From an uncultured Verrucomicrobia subdivision 3 bacterium (GTDB lineage: Bacteria; Verrucomicrobiota; Verrucomicrobiia; Limisphaerales; UBA11358), in NCBI GenBank assembly GCA_903850425.1, contig CAINLR010000083.1, forward strand, positions 28,444 through 92,443: DNA of 64,000 nt. The letters are read 5' to 3'. How positions within the stretch are numbered: the first letter of the stretch is position 1; each line of letters begins with the position of its first letter. The notes under the pieces are model-generated. The model did not search any database. It had not been told where the DNA came from and saw only the letters and a list, made by a program, of their open reading frames with translations. Of this stretch, positions 1 to 9,200 are shown piece by piece. Made by a program: the position numbers and the translations under genes.

Positions 1-1919
1 AGATTGACCTGGGCCGGGACGTTGGTGGCATTCAGTTGCAGCGCCTGCTCGAAACGAATCCGGGCCGCCGGCCAGCGGCCTTGTTGCTGTAGTTCAACGC
101 CCCAACTGTTGAGCGCGAGCGAATACCATCCCGCCAGCAGGCGGTCCTGAGAAAGTGGTGCCGGGGTGAAGCCGAGGCGCTCAATTTTTTTGCGCCAGCC
201 CGTCGGCCGCCCAGTGGGAGCGGGCACGAGCGCGGCCAGTTCTCTTTGCCACGCAGCGGTCCAGAAAGTTTCCGTCGCTTCCGTTACGGCGGCAGGCAAT
301 GGCGGATGCTCGGGAGAATTTCTTTCCCATAATTTCATTTCATAAATAGCGCCGGTGGGTTCCAGGTAAAACCGTTCGAAAAAGTCTCCATAGCCGTAAT
401 GGAGATAGCACAAGCGGTTGGTGCGGGCGATTTGCACCAACAGCCGCAACATTTCCGCCCGCGTGAGTTCGTGCCGGGTTTCATCGGTCAGCCAGCCCAG
501 GGGCCGCTGGCGCTCCAATTCGGCACGGTAGGCCACCGTCGGCAGAGCGTGGGTGTCCACGGCCAGCCAGTCCACCCGGTTGCGGTGTTGTGCGAGGGCC
601 GCCTGAAAAACCTGCAGTTTCGCCGGTTGCTCACTCAGCATCACGCCGCGACCGACGGGCAAGGATGCCACCGCCAGTTCGCCGAAGCATTGCAGCGGAT
701 ACAAATTCAGGCGCAGAATGGCCGGAGCGTTTCTCGCAACCAGAGCAATGCTGATGAGGACAAGACCAGTGGCCGCAGTGGGGACGGCCAATTGCTGCCA
801 CAGTCTGCCGACTCGCGAACGACGCCTCTGATCAACGTGGCCCAATGAAATCAACAAGAGATTACCCGCCAGAAAAGCGGCGCCAAGCGCATTCAAATAA
901 TCAAAGGTCAGGAGCCGCAGCGAATCGCCGAACTGATGTTGAATGATCTGCCGCAGCCCAGCGGTGGGGTCAAATGCCAGCCAAAGACAAGCCAGCAGCA
1001 GCACCGCTCGCAGACTGCGGTAAAGCCAGTTCTGGAAACGGTCCACCTGGGATTTGTTTTTGTTGCCCTCGTCCCGCAACCGCACGAGCAAAGATAGTGT
1101 GGGCACCAAAAAATACAGCGCCACCGCCACCGCAAACAGCCGGTGTGCCACCCAGAGTCGGTAAACCTGCGCGATCTGGCCTTTGGTCTGTTTCAAACTG
1201 ACGAGCCAGGCCTGGCCGAGGCTCCACGGGGAGTGCGAAGCCAAACCATTGACCAGCGGCAGCAGAGCGTAAATTGAAAATCCCACCAACCCCAACCCGG
1301 CCAGTCGCAGACAAGATTTCACTTTGAAGAAACGGAACCCTTGCAGCCAAATCACGCCGCCGATAAACAGCGGCAGCGCCAGCAGCATCAGCCAGTTGTC
1401 GGCCATGCCAAGCCCCCAGACCAACGTCGCCGCATTGAGCCAGCGCGATTCCCGCCGGACGCGATATTCAAGCAGCAGCCACAGCGCCGCCGCCAGCAAA
1501 AATAAATCCAGCATTTCGCCGGTGGCGGCGGTCGCCTCCTGCCAGAAACTAAATTCCATTCCGCACAAGGTGCAGGCGAGCAAGACCGGCAGTGTGCCGA
1601 CGCGACGGGGCAAATTTTCCAACGGCTGGTCCCATGGCAGCAACTGGACTGTGCGAGCCAGCAAAGCCAGCGTCAGAGCGGCGAGGGCGGCAGAAAAAAC
1701 ATTCAGACCCAACGGCACCCAAGCGGCGGGGAACAAATGCAGCGGCAGGGTGAGCAGCCAAAGCAACGGCTGACCCACCATCGGTGTCGAATCCCAACCA
1801 CAAACTTTCGCCGTGAGCGACAAACTGCTCATCGTCACGCCGCGACTTAGAGTGACCGCATATACCACCAATGCACCAAGTGCGACCAAGACGGGAATTT
1901 TTCGGAGACAATTTGCCAT
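1..1919 (-). CDS. DUF2723-like (GT-C fold, TMEM260-related) multi-pass membrane protein with C-terminal TPR; 3' end lies outside the window
   Basis: Translated by hand from ATG at 1919: MANCLRKIPVLVALGALVVYAVTLSRGVTMSSLSLTAKVCGWDSTPMVGQPLLWLLTLP...FWQEATAATGEMLDLFLLA... with many TM helices, ending ...ARIRFEQALQLNATNVPAQVN at the window edge (TPR-like). The frame is open to position 1 and is missing from the ORF track. Confidence 0.7.
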   Translation of the reverse strand, partial: MANCLRKIPVLVALGALVVYAVTLSRGVTMSSLSLTAKVCGWDSTPMVGQPLLWLLTLPLHLFPAAWVPLGLNVFSAALAALTLALLARTVQLLPWDQPLENLPRRVGTLPVLLACTLCGMEFSFWQEATAATGEMLDLFLLAAALWLLLEYRVRRESRWLNAATLVWGLGMADNWLMLLALPLFIGGVIWLQGFRFFKVKSCLRLAGLGLVGFSIYALLPLVNGLASHSPWSLGQAWLVSLKQTKGQIAQVYRLWVAHRLFAVAVALYFLVPTLSLLVRLRDEGNKNKSQVDRFQNWLYRSLRAVLLLACLWLAFDPTAGLRQIIQHQFGDSLRLLTFDYLNALGAAFLAGNLLLISLGHVDQRRRSRVGRLWQQLAVPTAATGLVLISIALVARNAPAILRLNLYPLQCFGELAVASLPVGRGVMLSEQPAKLQVFQAALAQHRNRVDWLAVDTHALPTVAYRAELERQRPLGWLTDETRHELTRAEMLRLLVQIARTNRLCYLHYGYGDFFERFYLEPTGAIYEMKLWERNSPEHPPLPAAVTEATETFWTAAWQRELAALVPAPTGRPTGWRKKIERLGFTPAPLSQDRLLAGWYSLALNSWGVELQQQGRWPAARIRFEQALQLNATNVPAQVN

Positions 1920-2050
1920 TCAACGAATGAATTGTTAGCGACTCATGTATGCCATAAAAATGGATGCGGAGGGTTTCCGCATCCAAGTGTGTCCATTCGA
2001 TCTGGCATTGATGAAAGGCTAATCAAAGGCTTACCCGATAATCGAGCCAA

Positions 2051-2090
2051 AGAAAAACCTCATTCTGTGGAATCACCAACAGAATGAGGT
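2051..2090 (-). terminator. Probable intrinsic terminator downstream of the PEP-CTERM gene
   Basis: Perfect 12-bp inverted repeat ACCTCATTCTGT (2057-2068) / ACAGAATGAGGT (2079-2090), followed on the minus strand by a T-rich tract. Confidence 0.6.
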
Positions 2091-2120
2091 CATGCTTCCT
2101 ACCGGAAAATTCGGTGGCAA

Positions 2121-2759
2121 TCAGCGTTTATTTCGCAACCGCAAGAGAAAAGGCAGCGAGGCCAAACTCAGCAATCCAAACTGAATCGCACTCGGTTCCG
2201 GCACAACGTCCGATCGAAAACTCACGGTAAGGGGAGCCGCCACATCACCGACAAACTGGGCCGGCAAGAATGCATTGACCGATTGGAAATAGCCACTTTC
2301 AGTAATCGAAATACCGCCAAAAAGCGCGCCCAAGGCAGGTGTCCCGCTCAAGTTGTCACTTCTGAAAGAAAAATTGATGGTCATGTTATTTGGGTCGAGG
2401 ACGGTCGGCTGCCGGCCGCTCAGAACAATGCTCAATGTATCACTAAGTCCGCCGCCTTCGTAGGCCGGATCAAAAATGTTAAAATTGAAGACCTGCACCT
2501 GGCCATTGGCAAAGGGGGTGGTTGCGATCCATTCGCCGAAAACATCGGCGCTCCCGAATGCCGTGGCGGTTTCATTGGCGACAGTAGCAGAAAAGTTGTT
2601 CGTGGCAAACCCAAGCGCCCTGACCGCCAAAGCGTTGGCCTCTTCATTCAGCTGATTCGTGGGGAAGAGAAAATTATACTCATCAACCTGAATGGACTGA
2701 GCAAATGCGCCACTTGAACTAAGGAAACCGGCGGTAAGCATGACTGCGGATAAGCGCAC
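2121..2759 (-). CDS. PEP-CTERM sorting-domain protein (exosortase substrate)
   Basis: N-terminal signal peptide (...SSSGAFA|Q). C-terminal VPEPS + hydrophobic helix + basic tail (RLRNKR). Start codon is ambiguous (see findings). Confidence 0.9.
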   Translation of the reverse strand: MRLSAVMLTAGFLSSSGAFAQSIQVDEYNFLFPTNQLNEEANALAVRALGFATNNFSATVANETATAFGSADVFGEWIATTPFANGQVQVFNFNIFDPAYEGGGLSDTLSIVLSGRQPTVLDPNNMTINFSFRSDNLSGTPALGALFGGISITESGYFQSVNAFLPAQFVGDVAAPLTVSFRSDVVPEPSAIQFGLLSLASLPFLLRLRNKR

Positions 2760-2959
2760 AAATTTATTTTACATAGCTGGTTTTTAATTGGGTTTTTAGC
2801 TTCGCTTTTGAGACTGACTATTTCTAGCAAAAAACAGGGCGTTGAGGCAACCAAAATCTTCATAAATCTCTAAGAATAATCGGAGCAGCACTCCGCCCCA
2901 TGGTAAGCGGCACCGGTTTACCAACAAGCTGAGCGCGCTGTTGGCGGGACCGCACGGAC

Positions 2960-2990
2960 AAAAAAAGAGCCCGGACACTACTCCGGGCTC
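2960..2990 (-). terminator. Intrinsic terminator downstream of coaE and the long minus-strand gene run
   Basis: GAGCCCGGA/TCCGGGCTC 9-bp stem followed by T7 on the minus strand. Confidence 0.75.
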
Positions 2991-3108
2991 CTAAAACAAC
3001 ACTTAAATTCTTGCGTTGAGGTTGCACTGCCCTCAACGCAATCAGATTAACACATCGGGCGATTCTGGCTTGTCACCAGTTGTGGTTACAAAATGGGGAC
3101 AAGCTCGC

Positions 3109-3693
3109 TCAAATACGTTGGAGGACCTTTTCGATCTGGCGCTCGTGAATCTCCGGGTTGCCTTCGGTCCAGATCACATAATCAGCGCGGGAAATTTTTT
3201 TCTCGACCGCCCATTGGGCAGCGATGCGCTGCTGGATTTGCTCCCGGCTCCAACCGCGGCCAGCCAGTCGCTCACGCTGGGCGGCGGGAGAACAGGCCAC
3301 ACAAATGATTCTCTCAAAATACGCCGCCGCCTGCGTTTCAAACAGCAGCGGAATGACCACGCAGCCGAGCGGACAATTTTCCGCGCGCCACGCGGCCACT
3401 TGCGCGAGCCAACCGGCTTGGATGCGCGGATGAAGAATGGCTTCGAGTTGCTGGCGGGCGACCGGGTCGGCAAAGACGCGACTGGCCAGGGCGGCGCGGT
3501 TCAATTCGCCGGCGGTAAGAATCATTTCAGCGCCGAAGGTGTTGGCGATTTCCGTCAACGCCGGCTGGCCGGGTTGGACAAGTCGCCGGGCGAGGTCATC
3601 CGTATCCACCACCCGCACTCCGTGAGACAAAAGAAAACCGGCGGCGGTGGATTTGCCCATCCCCACGCCGCCGGTCAAACCGCAGAGTTTCAT
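3109..3693 (-). CDS. coaE: Dephospho-CoA kinase
   Basis: MKLCGLTGGVGMGKST P-loop, DTDDLAR, R..L...VF.D...R..LE.ILHP.I, IPLLFE motifs. Start moved to ATG 3693. Confidence 0.95.
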   Translation of the reverse strand: MKLCGLTGGVGMGKSTAAGFLLSHGVRVVDTDDLARRLVQPGQPALTEIANTFGAEMILTAGELNRAALASRVFADPVARQQLEAILHPRIQAGWLAQVAAWRAENCPLGCVVIPLLFETQAAAYFERIICVACSPAAQRERLAGRGWSREQIQQRIAAQWAVEKKISRADYVIWTEGNPEIHERQIEKVLQRI

Positions 3694-3698
3694 TCCGT

Positions 3699-6185
3699 TC
3701 ACGGACCAACCAAAGTCCGATAAAACCGCATTGGGAAGTTGGTGGAGTCGTAGCTGGTGAACGTGAATGGAATCAAATTCGTGGCGACCGGAACCCAAGG
3801 GCCGGTGACGAGATTGGTGGACGCCTGAACGATGGCGGATTGGCCCGCAGCACCCGTCACCGCCAACTGAAACGCGTGCGTGGCGGGATTATAGCTGGGC
3901 GTCAACGTCGGCGGCGTGATGATGCTGGAAACCAGCAGCGTGGCGATGCCATTATCATCATCCGGGTTCGGGTCACTGGTGGTGGCAGCAACACTCGCGT
4001 CATTGGTGAAGGTGCCGATGGCGTTGGCCAGAAAACTCAACGTCAGTTTCGCGCCGGTATTGATGGACAGATTACCCACCGACCAAGTCAGCACCGAACC
4101 GCTGATGGTGACGGAGCCAGCCGTGGCGTTAGAGGAAACCAGCGTCAGACCGGTGGGGGGCAGATTATCGCTGACCAGCACGTTGGTGGTGGAAGAAGGG
4201 CCGTAGTTGGTAACGGCCAGACTGACCGTCCAAAAGGTATTCGTGGCAATGGACGCACTGGCCGGCGTGACATAAAGCTGGTTGTCCGCCGCATAGCCCA
4301 CGGGATTGGCCGTGGTGAGATTGAGGAACCAGCCGTTGGAGATAATACCTGTATTGATGGCTGAATCATCTTGCACAAACAAGAACCAAGGACCATTGGG
4401 GTTGCCGCCATTCAAGGTGGCGAGCGTGGTGCCGTAAGGCGGACGGGGAGCCGAAACAACGACGACCGGCGGGACCGGGAGTGTGAGGTAGTTAATCAAA
4501 TTGGTGCCTTTGGGCGAGCCAAGACCAGTGGCAAGGTCATAACCCGGGACGGCAAAATAGTTGGTCGGACTGCCCGGCCAGGTATTGTCGCCGAGAACCA
4601 CATCGTTGAAAACAGTCGTGTAATTGGCGCTCCTGGCGAGATTGTAAATCGCCGGATTCAAAAATCCAATCGGCGGCCGGTTGCTGATGGCGGCCTGCTG
4701 GTTCACCAGCGCCATGAAGCCTGCCCAGAGCGGCGCGGCTGCACTAGTGCCGCCGCTCGCACCCGCCTGACCGTTTTCGGAAATGAGATATATTTCCGTG
4801 GCAGGCATGGCCACATCTGGAAAATTGCGACCAGTGGCGAATCCGTGGTTGGTAGTGGTTGCGAAGCCCTGCTGCCAAGCCGGCGCACCATAGATAAAGC
4901 TGACGCCGCCGCCACTGCCCCAGTCACCGCCTTGGCCGTTGTTGGGCGTGCGATCGTTCCAGACGGATTCCGAAACGAAATTCCCCGCCGAGTCCGTGGT
5001 CAACTTGGTGCCACCAACACTGGTAAGGTAAGCGTTAGCGCAAATGGCAAAGCCGCTATTTGGGCTGTCTGGTTGTCCTACCAACATAGCGTCGCTGTCT
5101 CCGGATGATTGGAAGAAACTCTGACCTTGCACAGCCATCTGCTGCAAAAGCTGGTTGATCGTCGCACTTGGCGCCCCCAAACTCCAAGAGCAACTCACTT
5201 GTTTGGCGGCATTGTCCGACGCAATCTGGCTCAGCACGACAACCGCGCGAAAAAAGGCTGGGTTTTCCTCATAGACGAGCAATTGGCTCAATCCAGGCGC
5301 CATTGAATTAGCCATTTCGATGTCCAGTTCAACTTCGCCTTCGCCACCAGTCATCGTCGGATTGCCATCAAATCCATCCAGCAAAATGTTGGTGATCGAA
5401 AGCGTGGGCAAGCCGGCCAACTGCTCATACGCCGCAATGTCGCTGGGAAAATAGCCGTCAAACTGGACCAAGGCGATCTTCTGGCCCGTGCCAGTCAGCG
5501 TCGTCCCGGGCACATAGGCTTTGCGAAAATCATAACCAATGAAACTGCCATCCGGAGCCGAACCCCCGACAAACGATTTTCCAGCCGGGGACTGCGCAGT
5601 CTTGGAACTCGGCTTGATAAAGGAATGCGGCTGAAAATAACTGCTCAAACCGCTGATATCCTGCACCGGCAAGCCCATCGGCACAGAAGGCTCGGTGTCC
5701 GGCGAGAAAAACAGGCGGCTCTCAGTGGGATGTTGATAGTTCTTTAGCGTAATCCCGAACGCGCGTTCCACGTCGGAAACCGCCCCGGTGATTTCAACCA
5801 CCATCCGGTTGGCGTGCGTGCGTGTCACGGTCAGTCCGTTTGCATTCGCAAAGTTGATCACCGCCTGTAGGTCGTTGGTCGTTGGCCCAAACTGTTCGGT
5901 GAACTGTTCGGTCGTCAGATATTGCCGGTAATTCGGACTGGCTGGATCAGTGATCTGCGACATGAGCAAATCCAGCCCTGCCTGGTTGCGCGTCGGCAAG
6001 CCGATGGCTAGGTGCAGGGCAGTCGCCGGGTCCAACGGACTGGTGGCGGTCAAAGTGCTCACCACCGCCGGCACATGTCCCGACAAGGTGGTGCGGCCAA
6101 CGACGGCCGCTGCCGAGCGACTGGCGAAGCCAGCCACCGCGATCAATCCGACGCCAACTAGCAATAAAGTCTTCCTCATATTCAT
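3699..6185 (-). CDS. Secreted S53 (sedolisin/kumamolisin) peptidase: signal peptide, pro-kumamolisin domain, catalytic domain, C-terminal half of a P-domain, DUF11-like domain, 'RFYR' tail domain
   Basis: Prodomain (L.L.I.L..RN...L......DP.SPNY.QYLT.EQF...FGPT), E-xxx-D (EGEVELD), SGD oxyanion motif, GGTSAAAPLWAG nucleophile, GYDLATGLGSP Ca site. Confidence 0.9.
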   Translation of the reverse strand: MNMRKTLLLVGVGLIAVAGFASRSAAAVVGRTTLSGHVPAVVSTLTATSPLDPATALHLAIGLPTRNQAGLDLLMSQITDPASPNYRQYLTTEQFTEQFGPTTNDLQAVINFANANGLTVTRTHANRMVVEITGAVSDVERAFGITLKNYQHPTESRLFFSPDTEPSVPMGLPVQDISGLSSYFQPHSFIKPSSKTAQSPAGKSFVGGSAPDGSFIGYDFRKAYVPGTTLTGTGQKIALVQFDGYFPSDIAAYEQLAGLPTLSITNILLDGFDGNPTMTGGEGEVELDIEMANSMAPGLSQLLVYEENPAFFRAVVVLSQIASDNAAKQVSCSWSLGAPSATINQLLQQMAVQGQSFFQSSGDSDAMLVGQPDSPNSGFAICANAYLTSVGGTKLTTDSAGNFVSESVWNDRTPNNGQGGDWGSGGGVSFIYGAPAWQQGFATTTNHGFATGRNFPDVAMPATEIYLISENGQAGASGGTSAAAPLWAGFMALVNQQAAISNRPPIGFLNPAIYNLARSANYTTVFNDVVLGDNTWPGSPTNYFAVPGYDLATGLGSPKGTNLINYLTLPVPPVVVVSAPRPPYGTTLATLNGGNPNGPWFLFVQDDSAINTGIISNGWFLNLTTANPVGYAADNQLYVTPASASIATNTFWTVSLAVTNYGPSSTTNVLVSDNLPPTGLTLVSSNATAGSVTISGSVLTWSVGNLSINTGAKLTLSFLANAIGTFTNDASVAATTSDPNPDDDNGIATLLVSSIITPPTLTPSYNPATHAFQLAVTGAAGQSAIVQASTNLVTGPWVPVATNLIPFTFTSYDSTNFPMRFYRTLVGP

Positions 6186-6202
6186 CTCTCAATTTTTTGT
6201 CA

Positions 6203-9200
6203 TCACGGGAAACTCTTGACCGGCAGATTTCCGGATGGCTTGTTCGTGCCGCTAATAATCTGGCCCGCCGTCGGCAGATTGGTCGCCGCCGCATCGTCAA
6301 AGGTCAAAGTGACATGGCTGACGGTGAACGTGCCGCCGGCATTGGCCATGATCAAGGTGTTTGATCCGTTCGGACCCACCACGAGTGCGCCAATATCCGC
6401 CGGCGCCGTGTGCGATAGGTTGGTCAGCGTGACCGTGGCCTTGACCAGGGAGCCGCCCACGCCACTCACATTGATCAGCGCCGGATACGGCGTGGCGTTG
6501 GTGTTGTCGTTGATGATAATCGCATTGGTGTTGGCAAATTTCTTCGTCCAAGTGCCGAGCGTGAAACCAAAGATCGCCGTGCCAATGTTGTTCGCGCCGT
6601 CCTGCAGCTTGAAGGTGGCGGCGATCTGCTGGTTGTTGGTGCCGCTGGCGGTAAAGGTGAAGGGACGGGAAACGGAGTGGCCTGCATACACCAGCGTGCC
6701 ATAATTCGCCGTCACCGGGTTGATCGGCGTCACGCCGTTGGTGGCCAGCAACGTGGCGTTAAGATTGTTGACATTCGTGCCGCCCGCGTCGCGCAGGCCG
6801 AACAGGACGGTCACCGTCTCGTTGGGATCAATGATGCCATTGGCCGCACCGGCATTGGTCTCGGAGAGTAATTGCGCCCCGGCGGCAATCACATAGCTGC
6901 CTGTATTGTCGTGGATGGTCAGCTTGGCCGCCGACGGCGAGAGCAGGACGCCATTCACGGCGTTGTTCAATTCCAGCAACACGGTCAGGTCCGGCTGCAC
7001 GGTGGTGGTGGCAATGATTGGCACACTGAAGGTGGCCACGGTCTGGCCGTTGGTGAAGACCAGCGTGCCGTTGGTCGCCACAAAGTTAAGCCCGCTGATC
7101 GCCGTGCCATTGGTGGCGACGAAATCCACCGTGGAGGTCGTGTTGGTGAAATCGGAGCGATAGACGGAGATCAACGCCGCGCCGCCGGTCTTGAGGACCG
7201 TGTAATTCGCGCCGGAGAAGCGGATGCCAGAATTGCTGTCAATGATCGTCACCGTCTGCACCGTGGGCGGGACGAGCCGGCCCGTGCCCGTTGGGTTGGA
7301 GAGACTGACGGTGAAGACATGGTTGCCACTCACGGCGCCGTTATTGATGATGGGCACGGTGAACGTCTGGGTGCTCACGCCATTGCTGAAGATCAAGGTG
7401 CCGCTGGTGGTGACATAGTCCGCACCGGCCGTGGCATGATTGGTCGCTGCGCCGTCGGCGGTGTTGTAGGTGACGGCGACCGGCTCGACGTTGGTGTTGG
7501 AACAAACCACGGTGACCACCAAGTTACCCGCGTTCTTAAGCACGGAAACACTGTTGGTAGTGAAGCTCAAACCCGCATCGTTGTCCTGCAAAATCACGGT
7601 GGTGATGCTCGGATTGCCCAATTGCACGCCGGGGGTGGGATTGGACAGGCCGACGGTGAACTGCAAATCGCCCGTCGCATTGGTGCTGTAAAGCAGCGGC
7701 ACCAGGATAACGGACTGGGAAGCCCCGTCGTTGAAGGTCAACGTCCCGCTGCTGGCGACGAAGTTGACGCCGGCCACCGCCGAACCATTGGTGGTGGAAT
7801 AGTTGATGGTGGTGGTGCCCACCGTGTTGTTGTAACGCAGCACATTGAGGGTGGCAAAGGGCAGCGTTTCATTGAAGGTATTGGTCGCCAAGGAGAACAC
7901 GATGCCGACGTTGGTGTTCAGAATCGTCACCGTGGCGTTGGACGGATTGAAGATCGAGGTGCCCAGCGATGCGTTGGTCAACTGCACAAAGAAGTAGGAG
8001 GTGGGTTCCACGGTGGCAGTGTTCAGCACTTGAACCTGGAAGGTCTTGACCATTTCCCCGTCCGCGAAGGACAACACGCCGTTGGTGGAAAAGTATTTCG
8101 CTCCGGCGACGGCTGTGCCATTGGCCGTGGCATAACCCACCGACACGATGCCCGCCGCGCCGTTGGTGCGCAGCACGGTCACCGTGAGGTTGGTCGAGCC
8201 GATGCCGCCCCCTTCGCTCACCACATAGTTCGTGGCCGAGAGTTCAAATGATCCCTTGGACTGCGTGCGATCCAGAATGGTCAGCAGCGCATTGGACGGG
8301 TTATTCATCATGGACCCGGTGGCATTGGTCAACTGGAGGGAGACCGTGCGGTCACCGTCGGAGATGCCATTGATGATGGGGACCATCACCGTCTGCACCG
8401 CCGAACCCGGCGCGAACGTGATCACTCCGTTGGTCACCGGCTGATAGTCCACGCCAACGACCGCCGTGCCATTGGAAGTGGTGTTGAACACCACCGTCGA
8501 AGTGCCATAGGTGGCCCCCGAGCGATTGATCGTGATCGGCGCATAGCCGTCCGGCACATTCGCCCCATACTTGGTGACCAAATAAGTGGCCGCCGAGAAA
8601 CTGATCGCGCTGTCAACATTGGTGATGGTCAGCAACGCCGTGGGTTGGTTGCCTCGCTCGCCCGGGGCCACTGGCGTCAAGGCCAGATTCACCGTCAAAT
8701 CGCCGTTGACGACCAAGTCATCCTGCACCGGGATGACAATGGTCCGCTGCACCTCGCCGGCGGCAAACACCAAGTTGGTCAGGACCGTGAAGTAGTTGGT
8801 CACGCTGGCGTGATCCGTATCCGCCTTGGCGGTGCCATCCGTGGTGGCGAAGGCGACATAGATATTACCCAAGCCGTTCGCGTTCGTGCCGCTGGTGCCG
8901 CCGGTGCGGTTCACCGTGATGAGGGCGTTGGTGCCATTCTCATTCGCGCCATAGTTGGCCGAAGAAAATTCAAACTCCCCGGAACCGCCGATGGAGCCGC
9001 CGTAGATGCGGGCCAGGTGCTCGTGCGACTCGCCGAAGTAGTGGGTAAAGCCGCCGCCAATGATGATCTTCTCGTTCGGCACATTGGTGGGATAACCCGT
9101 GATGGTGGCTTCTTGCACCACTACTGCGCCCACAAAGCTATCCGCGCCCACGCCGAAGTTAATCGTCGGGTCCACCGTGCCATCAGGATTCAAACGCGTG

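Noticed and set aside
399-1986. Short ORFs listed in the track at the window start
   Set aside because: All are alternate frames or antisense of the DUF2723-like gene, which runs off the window.
2830-2860. Sigma54 promoter (GG-N10-GC) for the PEP-CTERM gene
   Set aside because: The spacing fits but the flanks (TGGTTG...ACGC) are far from the TGGCAC...TTGC consensus.
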